Source: Candidatus Thorarchaeota archaeon (GTDB lineage Archaea > Asgardarchaeota > Thorarchaeia > Thorarchaeales > Thorarchaeaceae). From it: a stretch of 64,000 bases of DNA. A program made the translations under genes and the position numbers. Position 1 is the stretch's first letter; the number at the start of each line of letters is the position of its first letter. The stretch spans positions 160,001-224,000 of the forward strand of contig JAWOEX010000035.1 in NCBI GenBank assembly GCA_046482545.1, written 5' to 3'. Positions 37,076-45,939 of this stretch are shown here, one piece after another. The notes under the pieces were generated by a model. That model was given only the letters and a program-made list of their open reading frames with translations. It ran no database searches and was not told where the DNA came from.

Positions 37076-37789
37076 CTAATCGAATAGTATATACTCGGTG
37101 TCATCCTGTTGCCGAAGTTCGTTGATTAGCCGCTTTGCAATATCAAGCTTGGCTTGCTTCATGGTGTTCGCCTTGAAATGATGATCCTCATTTGGCTTAG
37201 ACCATCTGCCCACGATACTCCCGAAGTCCATTCCAGCTAAGATGATTTTCCTAGGGTTGTAGTGTGATGCAATGAAACAAGCTCTATCTCCATCAGTAAA
37301 TCCGCCCCAAAGGAATACTCTGCTTGTTGGCTTCACTTGTGTGCTACCCAATACTGGCAACATCTCTGGCACCACCCTCTTCAAAATCGGTATATTGTCA
37401 CCATGCCCATGAACTATCGTTAGAGCACCTTTTCGATTCATTGTAACCAAATCGTTCCTATCTCCATCCAAGTCTGTGACAATAATATCACACATCTGTT
37501 CCAATTCAAGGAATGCAGAGGTAGCTCCGTCTGCAGCAACAAAGACAGATTGAGACATTCTTGGGTCTCTGATTATCTCCTGCAGATGCCTGTCTAGTGA
37601 TGGACCCCCGCCACATACAACGACATCGTTCTCTTCAATGAGGGACTCCAATCTGTTTAGCAAAGGTCGAGGATTTGTATTAATGAGAAGATGATGTAAC
37701 ACCTCAGTTGCTGTTCGGTCTGATTCTGTATCGAGGTCAAGCTTGGTCGCGATTTTCTCATAGTACGGTTCCCATGTCTCCCATTTCAA
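37076..37789 (-). CDS. mptE: 6-hydroxymethyl-7,8-dihydropterin pyrophosphokinase
   Basis: W...Y..I, GGGPSL, AADGAT, VTDLDG, VHGHGDN, GGFTDGDRA, GMDFG. Confidence 0.88.
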   Translation of the reverse strand: MKWETWEPYYEKIATKLDLDTESDRTATEVLHHLLINTNPRPLLNRLESLIEENDVVVCGGGPSLDRHLQEIIRDPRMSQSVFVAADGATSAFLELEQMCDIIVTDLDGDRNDLVTMNRKGALTIVHGHGDNIPILKRVVPEMLPVLGSTQVKPTSRVFLWGGFTDGDRACFIASHYNPRKIILAGMDFGSIVGRWSKPNEDHHFKANTMKQAKLDIAKRLINELRQQDDTEYILFD

Positions 37790-37837
37790 GAACCAGTCAC
37801 CTTTCTCCTGTGCTGCTTTTTCATTATTTCCTATGGA

Positions 37838-38671
37838 CTAGTCGGCATCCTTTACCGCGAGTCCGACTTGGCTGGCTATCACAGCTTCGTTGACATCATG
37901 CGCACGAATAATGTCTGCACCTTTGTTAACAGCTATCGCGGTGGCAGCTATAGTGCCTGTAAGCCTATTGCTCGGCTCAGGTTGATTGAGTAACTCTCCT
38001 AGAAATGCCTTTCGAGAGATACCAACCAATACGGGTTGTTCCATCTCTAGAAACAGACGCAGGTTTTTGATGATTGCAAAATCCACACGAGCTGGTTTTC
38101 CGAAGCCTATTCCTGGATCGAGTATGATTTGATTACGGCTTATCCCCGCATCTGCAGCTATATCGAGACTTTTTCTCAGAGATTTGATTGACATATTGAC
38201 ATCAGTACAAACCCCTTTGCAGTGCGCCATTATTACTACCGGAACTTCATATTCAGCTACTAACGAGGCCATTCTATCATCCCGCTTAAGCCCCGAAATA
38301 TCGTTCACTAGGGATGCCCCCTTTTCCAAGGCTAGCTCCGCAACAGACGAGGAAGTGGTATCAACAGAAATTGGCAAATCGGTACATGAATTGATTATCT
38401 CCATAGCATGTCCGATTCGATGTATCTCCTCCTCAATTGATACCTGCTTCGTTCCGTAGATGACTTTGGGAGCGCTAGACGCTCCTCCAACATCTATAAT
38501 ATTGGCTCCCTCCGTTTCCATAGACTCGATCATGGAAACAATCTCGTTTTCTTCTGATGCAACTGAGTTATCGTAGAATGATTCAGGAGAAGCATTTAGG
38601 ACTCCCATTATTAAGACGGTCTGACAATTCCCTATCTTCATATCTTCCAACTGAACAATACACTTCTCCAA
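37838..38671 (-). CDS. folP: Dihydropteroate synthase
   Basis: IMGVLN.SPESF, IIDVGG, ISVDT, VNDISG, ILDPGIGFGK, GISRK, IIRAHDV. Confidence 0.93.
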   Translation of the reverse strand: MEKCIVQLEDMKIGNCQTVLIMGVLNASPESFYDNSVASEENEIVSMIESMETEGANIIDVGGASSAPKVIYGTKQVSIEEEIHRIGHAMEIINSCTDLPISVDTTSSSVAELALEKGASLVNDISGLKRDDRMASLVAEYEVPVVIMAHCKGVCTDVNMSIKSLRKSLDIAADAGISRNQIILDPGIGFGKPARVDFAIIKNLRLFLEMEQPVLVGISRKAFLGELLNQPEPSNRLTGTIAATAIAVNKGADIIRAHDVNEAVIASQVGLAVKDAD

Positions 38672-38755
38672 GATGATTTCGACCCAGCGAAATTGTCAAA
38701 AAGAAGAAAATAAAACCTACCGAATGAAAGTAACGCCCGAAGCTGATGATGAAAC

Positions 38756-39889
38756 ATGAATGACAGTCTTAAGCGCACACATCTGTATAACTGGCACGCA
38801 TTCAATGGTAATATTGTTCCTTTCGCTGGCTGGGAAATGCCTGTCCGCTATTCGTCTATCCGTGAAGAGCATATGGCTGTCCGAGAAGGAGTCGGTGTCT
38901 TTGACACATCGCATATGTATCGCTTTCACATTAAAGGAACAGAAGCTGCAGAATTCTTGCAGCGACTTACGACTAATAATGTTTCCAAGTTGAAAGTGAA
39001 TAAAGGGCAATACAGTACTTGCCTTAACCCACAAGGCGGCACGCATGATGATCTCATGTTGTATAGAATTGAGGAAGATCAATACATCTGGATTACTAAT
39101 GCAGCCAATGGTCCAAAGATTTGGAATCATCTGAAGAAGCACTCAGGCGCCTACGAAGTTAATGTAGAAGACAAATCCCACGAAATCGTGATGATTGCTG
39201 TCCAAGGGCCGAAGGCTCTCACCTTGCTGAACAGATTGACAGAGGCTGATGTAACCGAGACATCGCGTTTCAGCTGCAATCCCATTGAGATGTTGGGCCA
39301 TCACACGCATCTATGTCGTACGGGATATACGGGAGAGGATGGTGGCGAGATTCTTCTACTGGATACCCCCTATAATGAGGAGGGGAAGAAGAAGGCAATA
39401 TCATTTTGGGAAGAGATTCTCGCGGAAGGGCAAGAGTTTGGAATCAAACCATGTGGACTTGGTGCGCGTAATTCCACCAGACTAGAAGCAGGTTTTGTGC
39501 TGTATGGTCACGAACTCGACGAAGAGACCACCCCTCTTGAGGCTCGGATTCCTTTCGCTGTGAAATTCAAAGTATCTCCACATTACATTGGATATGATGC
39601 TCTAAAGAAACAGAAGAAATCGGGTGTGGATAAGACACGAATTGGTCTTGCTATGACTGAACCTGGTATTCCGCGGCAAGGATATAGAATTTTTCATAAT
39701 GACAAGGAAATTGGACACGTTACGAGTGGAATACCTTCACCCGTTCTGGACAAGGGGATTGGCATGGCATATGTCAGTGCCAAATCCGTGAAAAAAGGCG
39801 ATATAGTACATGTCGATATACACAATCGTCTCAGGGAGGCAAAGGTTGTTTCTTGGCCTTTCTATGATACTGATAAGTACGGCATGTGA
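38756..39889 (+). CDS. gcvT: Glycine cleavage system T protein
   Basis: FAGWEMPVRY, EH.AVR, FDTSHM, AVQGP, RTGYTGEDG.E, GLGAR...RLEAG..LYG.E. Confidence 0.96.
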   Translation: MNDSLKRTHLYNWHAFNGNIVPFAGWEMPVRYSSIREEHMAVREGVGVFDTSHMYRFHIKGTEAAEFLQRLTTNNVSKLKVNKGQYSTCLNPQGGTHDDLMLYRIEEDQYIWITNAANGPKIWNHLKKHSGAYEVNVEDKSHEIVMIAVQGPKALTLLNRLTEADVTETSRFSCNPIEMLGHHTHLCRTGYTGEDGGEILLLDTPYNEEGKKKAISFWEEILAEGQEFGIKPCGLGARNSTRLEAGFVLYGHELDEETTPLEARIPFAVKFKVSPHYIGYDALKKQKKSGVDKTRIGLAMTEPGIPRQGYRIFHNDKEIGHVTSGIPSPVLDKGIGMAYVSAKSVKKGDIVHVDIHNRLREAKVVSWPFYDTDKYGM

Positions 39890-39956
39890 GGAAGTCGTAA
39901 TATATGACAACTGTCATATAGTTGTCATTTGTCAACTATAAAGTGGTGGACTAAAA

Positions 39957-40355
39957 ATGAGCGAAGACACCGAAGTAAAAGATGGGCTATATTATTCTGA
40001 AGAACATGAATGGGCCTTGATTGAAGACGAAACCGTTACCATCGGCATAACAGATTATGCCCAAAACTCGCTACACGAAATTACTTTCGTCGAAATTTCA
40101 GGTTTAGGAGACGAAATCAACGCTGGTGATGAATGTGGCTTTGTTGAGTCAATGAAAGCCTCTTCCGAGATTTATTCACCCTTGAGTGGAGAAATCGTTG
40201 ATATCAACGATGATTTGGAGGACGCTCCCGAACTACTGAATGAGGATCCGTATGGGGAAGGCTGGTTGTTCAAACTTAAAGCATCTGCTCTCGATGACGA
40301 GCTAAACGATCTGATGGATGCTCAGGCTTACGCAGAATATATAGACTCTCTATAG
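39957..40355 (+). CDS. gcvH: Glycine cleavage system H protein
   Basis: YS.EHEW, IGITDYAQ, VESMKA with lipoyl Lys, PLSGE, NEDPYGEGW. Confidence 0.96.
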   Translation: MSEDTEVKDGLYYSEEHEWALIEDETVTIGITDYAQNSLHEITFVEISGLGDEINAGDECGFVESMKASSEIYSPLSGEIVDINDDLEDAPELLNEDPYGEGWLFKLKASALDDELNDLMDAQAYAEYIDSL

Positions 40356-40624
40356 CAGACAAAATATCGAGCTGGAATGGAGAATTCTCCTTCCATTCCT
40401 TCTCGTTTTATGTATTGATATATCACAACTATAGTGTTCTCAATCAACCTATGCAATGATTGAATTGCCAAATTCCATCTTGTTCGAATGAACTGGGAAT
40501 ACTACTTCTCATTCTTGTTTATCACTAAATCCACAACGTACAACCGTAGAACTAACAGCAACCTTTTTAGCAGACCAAAGATTTTCTCGCTTGAATCCGA
40601 GGCACAAAGGAGACAGTATATTTC

Positions 40625-43402
40625 ATGTCACGATTTAGTAGATTCAAACGGTCTGCTGAGAGATTCTTTGGGAAAGCTTTCCATAAGCCTAGGGCAGAAA
40701 TTAACCGTGGCTCAGTTATGTTGATTGCTTCTTTGGCCCTCATTTTCTTTGCTGCACTAGGAGTACGTTTGGCGCCTCTCATTGATGCTCAGCCTTTGGT
40801 TCGCGCTTTCGATCCTTGGTTCCAACTTCGGGTGACTGAATATATTACCGATCAGGGATTTGGAGCTTTCTTCAGCTGGTATGATGAATCAACATGGGTT
40901 CCATACGGTCGTAACATGACTGAGACAAGCTACATCGGTGTTCCATTTACTAGTGCTTTCTTCTATATGCTGATGAATAACTTGGGACTTAGTATCAGTA
41001 TCAAATATGTTTCACTGATTATGCCTGCTTTTATGGGCGCGCTCACTACAATTGTCGCCTTTTTCCTTGGAAAAGAAATTTCGAATAATACCGTTGGTCT
41101 ACTTAGTTCATTATTCATGGCTTTCATGCCCGCATTTATTCAGAGAACTGTTGCAGGTTTCTATGACAACGAATGTATTGGTGTATTTGCTATTGTCTTA
41201 GGTCTCTATTTCTTTACTAGGTCTATTAGGAGAGACTCTCTATCTTCAGGTGTACTCGCTGGTCTTTCTTTGGCCTATTTACGAGCATCTTGGGGGGCAG
41301 GAGATTTTCTATTAGTCCTATTTGCCTTGTATGCCTTTACAATGCTGCTCTTTGGAAGGTATAGTAAAAGGCTCCTTTCCTCCTATGTAATCACCATCTC
41401 TTTGGGGCTTTTTGTGAGTGGTCTTGTACCTAGAATTGGATTTGGTAACCTCACTTCCTTTTCTCTCCTTGTTCCCATTGGTGTAGCATTTCTACTTGTT
41501 GGATACGAAATATGGCTAAGAATTGGGGCCTATCGGAGAGCAACAGCTGAGCTTCTTGCCCCTCACATGCGTTCGATTGGGTTGGGTCTGCTCACTTCAG
41601 TTGTCGCTGTAGCAAGCTACTTCATCTACGCAGGGGAGAGAGCTCTAACAATTACTCCATACAACACGAACCCTGTCATTAGACTCGGTGGCAAATTCAT
41701 TACAGCCATTAATCCCTTCTATCGTTTAGATGAACGGATTTTCGCGTCCGTTGCTGAACATCTTCCTAGCCCCTGGAGTAGTTTCTATCAGACCCTTTCT
41801 GTCCTAATTTTCTTCTTTCCATTGGGAATGTATTTTGCTTTCAAAAGAGGGAAAGACGAGGATTGGCTTATCCTCCTGTATGGGCTTGCTTCAGTGTATT
41901 TTGCAGGAAGTATGATTCGCCTTTCACTGATCCTTGCGCCGGGTGTTGCGGTACTTTCTGCAATTGCAATCAACAGAGTACTTTCTCCCTTCGCTAGAAT
42001 CGTAACTGAAAAGACAGTTTTCGAGAGACGCCGGTTTAGGATGAGCAAGTCGCTCACATCTGAACATGCTCTCGCCGCTTATGCATTTGTTGGGCTTCTC
42101 CTCGGTGTCAATTTGATTCTCGGTGTGCAATATGCGACTAACCAAATCCAAAATCCTGAGTTTGCGCGTTCGCCATTGTCTGAGGAAAATCAACAGACCG
42201 ACTGGCAAACTGCGATGACATACGTGAGGAATGTACTACCAGATGATGCAATTGTTGCAAGCTGGTGGGACTATGGCTATTGGTTGAATGGAGCAGGAGG
42301 CACGCAGACCATCGTTGATAATGCGACATGGAACAGCACACAAATTGCAAAAATGGGATATGCATTGATGGCACTTAATCTGACAGAGTCACTACGCACA
42401 TTCAAAGCTTGGAATGCCTCCCATGTAGTGGTTAACTGGGGTCACGGTATTCAGGGTTTAGGTGGAGATGAAGGAAAGTGGCCATGGATGGTCAGGATTG
42501 CTGAAGACAAGCTTGGCACCGCCGTCATAGATGATGAGACCTATCTGGGTGATGATCCTTCAACCCCAGATACTGAAGAAAGCGAAGCTACGCTTGAGCC
42601 ATTCTATTCTTCAACACTATTCAAGCTGCTTAGCTACGGCGAACCCGCGTCTGCTCAAGCTGCTCAGCAACAAGCTCAGCAAGGGACCTTGCCCCAAGGA
42701 CGTGCGAGCATCGATGCAAGCGATGGATCCTACGCCAATGATGAAAAGTGGACTTCTCATATGCCAGTGAATCTGCATGGTGCATTCAAACCTCCGTATT
42801 ACAGTTCACCATATGGTATTGTCAAGATATACGAGATCGACTATACGATGTACTACCAGTGGCTCAACCGTAGCAATGCTGACTGGGTGCTAGACAAGAA
42901 TACGCTCTCTGGAGTATCCATGGATGGGAGTCTTTCTGGTGCTGAAGAGGGCTTTAGCAAGTTCGATATTGTATTCGGTGGTGGATACAATGCATCAGTG
43001 TATTCCGCTGCAAATTCAACCCATGTGTACTATGGCATCAAAATGAACAACTATACAAATACGGAGGACGCAATCGGGTTCCAAATTGCTCCGGTTGATA
43101 ATCCTGGAGAGGCTGATATCCGGGTAGCAAACTTCAGTGGTCAAGAATACTATGATGGAAATGTAGGCTATAATGGAGAATGGGCAGAAGACTCCAGCGG
43201 TAGTAACTCAACCGAACTCGCTGGTGGAGCCAATTTCACCGAGTTCCTACTCCCATTGGATAGCGGAGACTCACAGGATACAATCATGTCTCCTGGAATG
43301 AACTACCAAATCCGTTTCATGTTCTGGAACAACATCCGGAGCGGCGAACCAACATTTACTTCCGATTGGAAGAGCTTCTGGGTTCCAATTGAACTCTACT
43401 AG
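40625..43402 (+). CDS. aglB: Oligosaccharyltransferase catalytic subunit STT3/AglB with C-terminal DOMON-like domain
   Basis: FDPWF, GFYDNE, SVAEH, WWDYG, DNATWN, DEGKWPWMVRIA; many TM helices. Confidence 0.95.
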   Translation: MSRFSRFKRSAERFFGKAFHKPRAEINRGSVMLIASLALIFFAALGVRLAPLIDAQPLVRAFDPWFQLRVTEYITDQGFGAFFSWYDESTWVPYGRNMTETSYIGVPFTSAFFYMLMNNLGLSISIKYVSLIMPAFMGALTTIVAFFLGKEISNNTVGLLSSLFMAFMPAFIQRTVAGFYDNECIGVFAIVLGLYFFTRSIRRDSLSSGVLAGLSLAYLRASWGAGDFLLVLFALYAFTMLLFGRYSKRLLSSYVITISLGLFVSGLVPRIGFGNLTSFSLLVPIGVAFLLVGYEIWLRIGAYRRATAELLAPHMRSIGLGLLTSVVAVASYFIYAGERALTITPYNTNPVIRLGGKFITAINPFYRLDERIFASVAEHLPSPWSSFYQTLSVLIFFFPLGMYFAFKRGKDEDWLILLYGLASVYFAGSMIRLSLILAPGVAVLSAIAINRVLSPFARIVTEKTVFERRRFRMSKSLTSEHALAAYAFVGLLLGVNLILGVQYATNQIQNPEFARSPLSEENQQTDWQTAMTYVRNVLPDDAIVASWWDYGYWLNGAGGTQTIVDNATWNSTQIAKMGYALMALNLTESLRTFKAWNASHVVVNWGHGIQGLGGDEGKWPWMVRIAEDKLGTAVIDDETYLGDDPSTPDTEESEATLEPFYSSTLFKLLSYGEPASAQAAQQQAQQGTLPQGRASIDASDGSYANDEKWTSHMPVNLHGAFKPPYYSSPYGIVKIYEIDYTMYYQWLNRSNADWVLDKNTLSGVSMDGSLSGAEEGFSKFDIVFGGGYNASVYSAANSTHVYYGIKMNNYTNTEDAIGFQIAPVDNPGEADIRVANFSGQEYYDGNVGYNGEWAEDSSGSNSTELAGGANFTEFLLPLDSGDSQDTIMSPGMNYQIRFMFWNNIRSGEPTFTSDWKSFWVPIELY

Positions 43403-43581
43403 GGTCACTGGTCTATCCAGAGAACTTCAGTACATGCTTTAAAATAGGGATGTCAGAAAGCCAGTAAATCCATATTGGTTTACAATTGGATAGCGATTTG
43501 CTGACATCTTTGACACTTTTTTTTAATCTCATACTGCCTGACTGGACAAGTCAAAACGGCAAAAAGAATTGTTTGAACAAT

Positions 43582-43755
43582 TCACTTCAAATCTGGTCTG
43601 CTCTTCCGCTTTGCTACTCGCCGATATTCGCCGTACTTGTCTTGTGGAGAATACCTTGCAGGATGTGGATTCCCTACTTCTCCCTCACACTCAGGGCAGG
43701 TTTCGTCGTTGAGTGTATATCTGCCACATTTTGTGCATCTGAAAAGACGAGTCAT
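43582..43755 (-). CDS. nop10: H/ACA RNP protein Nop10 (not in the ORF track)
   Basis: MTRLFRCTKCGRYTLNDETCPECEGEVGNPHPARYSPQDKYGEYRR; follows aIF2-alpha, its usual position. Confidence 0.93.
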   Translation of the reverse strand: MTRLFRCTKCGRYTLNDETCPECEGEVGNPHPARYSPQDKYGEYRRVAKRKSRPDLK

Positions 43756-43764
43756 AATTAACTC

Positions 43765-44559
43765 CTATTTGCGTTTGAATTCCATTGACCCGTTGTACTT
43801 CTCAATTTTCTTCCTGATATTGTCAAGCACATCAGAAAGGAGATCTTCGCCTTCTTTGTAGTTGAGGCTCTCTATACGCAACTTGTATCTGGGCGATCCC
43901 AAGGTGTAGATTTCCAGTGACAAATTCTCGTGCCCCTCAGCAACTTGCAGACCCTCTTTTAGGGCTTCCTTTATCACTTCAACACCTCCCGAACCAGGCA
44001 CCCGTATGCTTACTTCGCCATCAATCTCAACCGACGGGATTTCAATTCTGTCGGTAGCGAGTTCAACAACTAACTCCTTGATTTTCTTGTTGGCATCTAT
44101 ATCCTTCAGAGCTTCCATTTCCTCTACCGAGGCCATTTCAAGCCCCTTGTAGATCTCACCATACTGATCTTCCAACGGCCATCCTATCTTTTCATATGTC
44201 TCTTCTAGAGACATATCGCTTTGTTCGCCTACAATTTCTAGGAGCTTCTCGGCTTTCTGAGATCTTTTCCAAGCCTCGTTTTTCGCCCTTTTTGCCTCGT
44301 CCGAAACCCGTCTGAGTGAGCAGTCAATATGCCCCTTTCGCTTGTCTACGTCCAGAACTCTAACAACAATGCGCTGATTCTCGTGAATGTGATTGCGGAT
44401 GTTCCTGACCCACGTGCTACTAACTTCGGAAATATGTATGAAACCTTCTTTGTCTCCATATTCGGGCAATTCTACATATGCACCGTATGGTGCTACCTTT
44501 GTCGCAACGGCTACTGCATATTCGTCTGGTGCAGGCCATTCAGCACGCTTGAGGACCAT
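43765..44559 (-). CDS. eif2a: Translation initiation factor 2 alpha
   Basis: YGAYV.L.EY, EGFIHISEVSS.W, V.VL.VD...GHID.SLRRV, G.PRY. Confidence 0.96.
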   Translation of the reverse strand: MVLKRAEWPAPDEYAVAVATKVAPYGAYVELPEYGDKEGFIHISEVSSTWVRNIRNHIHENQRIVVRVLDVDKRKGHIDCSLRRVSDEAKRAKNEAWKRSQKAEKLLEIVGEQSDMSLEETYEKIGWPLEDQYGEIYKGLEMASVEEMEALKDIDANKKIKELVVELATDRIEIPSVEIDGEVSIRVPGSGGVEVIKEALKEGLQVAEGHENLSLEIYTLGSPRYKLRIESLNYKEGEDLLSDVLDNIRKKIEKYNGSMEFKRK

Positions 44560-44596
44560 GTATCATCATATCTCCATACTGTTCGCTGCCATTCCT

Positions 44597-44794
44597 TCAA
44601 GGAAGGACTTCTATTTCTCTTGCGTTGGGTGTAAGATTTGCTTTGCCTGTACTGGGAGTGGCAAGAACCTTACCACAATTAAGGCATTTCACTTCGGTTG
44701 CTGCACTACCGAATATAATCTGCTCTTCTTCGCAGTCAAGACATTTGACACGCAAGAATCTAGACCGGGGTTGTTGAACGAATTCCTCTGGCAT
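44597..44794 (-). CDS. rps27e: 30S ribosomal protein S27e
   Basis: PRSRFLRVKC.DC, C..CG..LA.P.TGKA. Confidence 0.95.
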   Translation of the reverse strand: MPEEFVQQPRSRFLRVKCLDCEEEQIIFGSAATEVKCLNCGKVLATPSTGKANLTPNAREIEVLP

Positions 44795-44916
44795 TTATGG
44801 TTAATCTCCCATTTAACTAATCTCTGAGGTAGCCTGGAAAGGGAAAAATACCCCTCTGGGGCTTAACTACGGGTTGACATCCGTGATATTATAACTCTAT
44901 CGAAGCGGAGCGTGTT

Positions 44917-45198
44917 TTATGCGCGGACAATTTCGATTTTCTTGAGCCGCATACCTGACTTTTGAATTGTATGACCACATTCTCGGCAGGTATACTTCAA
45001 CGAAACCTTCTTTGTGGTCTTTGCGAAGCGCTTCTGAATCGGCTTAGGGAAGGATCCGTACCCCTTCAGCTTCCGCTCCATACGTCTATTCCCTTCGGAC
45101 ATCGGGCTTTCTCGACCTTTTTTGTACTGAGATATACTGTGCTCTGTGTACTGATTGCATCTCGGACAATATTTGTTCAAAACATTCTTGATTTTCAC
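44917..45198 (-). CDS. rpl44e: 50S ribosomal protein L44e
   Basis: YCPRC...TEH, YKKG, GYGS.PKP, AKTTKKV.L...C.ECG; GTG start inferred. Confidence 0.93.
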   Translation of the reverse strand: MKIKNVLNKYCPRCNQYTEHSISQYKKGRESPMSEGNRRMERKLKGYGSFPKPIQKRFAKTTKKVSLKYTCRECGHTIQKSGMRLKKIEIVRA

Positions 45199-45285
45199 AG
45201 TTTTCAAACTCCGATGCCGTCTATATCTTCCCTCTTTAGATTGTTTATAACCCTTAGGAAACAATCAGTGAGGTGTGATTCTCTC

Positions 45286-45474
45286 CTAGACTAAAATATG
45301 GGAAACGACCATTGCAATTAGGAGTATAGCCGCGAAAATGACAACAACAGTAGGTCCAACTTTGATTCCTGGTGTTTCATCTTCAAAGAACCGGATAAGA
45401 CCGGCACCACCAGATGGCATTGGCCCTTCACCGCTACTTCTACTTCGTCCTCGTTTCTTGCGCTTCTTGGGCAT
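45286..45474 (-). CDS. secG: Protein translocase subunit Sec61beta/SecG
   Basis: AGLIRFFEDET.GIKV.P followed by one TM helix. Confidence 0.92.
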   Translation of the reverse strand: MPKKRKKRGRSRSSGEGPMPSGGAGLIRFFEDETPGIKVGPTVVVIFAAILLIAMVVSHILV

Positions 45475-45597
45475 CTATGTTAATCTCCCAATTGAGGCAA
45501 CATCTAGACGTTTTTAACGTTTTTGACAAGAGCTGTTAGCAGATGATTGTATACCAGTGAACAGCTCACATTCTCATCATCTACCGAGGTTTAAAGT

Positions 45598-45885
45598 CTA
45601 CGGGCAAATACAGGGAGACCTATCACATTTTGAGCATACACCACTGTATTTCGTATGTAGAGCTTCGGCCAGATCGATATCTAGGAGATTGGCCAGCGAA
45701 CAAATCCAAGCCAGCACATCTGCCAGCTCATCCATAACCAAATCCCTCCTCTTCTCCTGTATGATTGCATTGTTCAATTCAGCTAGCTCCTCAAAGGTGC
45801 GAAGCAGAGCGTGATTCAAGCCTCGCTTACAGTCCCTCTTGAAGTAAATCTGGCGCATCATATCTTGTGCTTCTTCGAGCTCCAT
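45598..45885 (-). CDS. MazG-like nucleotide pyrophosphohydrolase
   Basis: Y..RD..RG, EELAEL, ELADV.AW..SLANL, C-terminal CSKC...PC.C. Confidence 0.85.
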   Translation of the reverse strand: MELEEAQDMMRQIYFKRDCKRGLNHALLRTFEELAELNNAIIQEKRRDLVMDELADVLAWICSLANLLDIDLAEALHTKYSGVCSKCDRSPCICP

Positions 45886-45939
45886 CTCAATCCATTCCAA
45901 ATGGCTGTATTCGGGAGGTTCAACTGTCTGCTGAATTGG

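Noticed and set aside
39887-39945. Selenocysteine readthrough of the gcvT TGA with a SECIS
   Set aside because: GcvT is complete at the stop, another stop follows within six codons, and the hairpins lack a SECIS core
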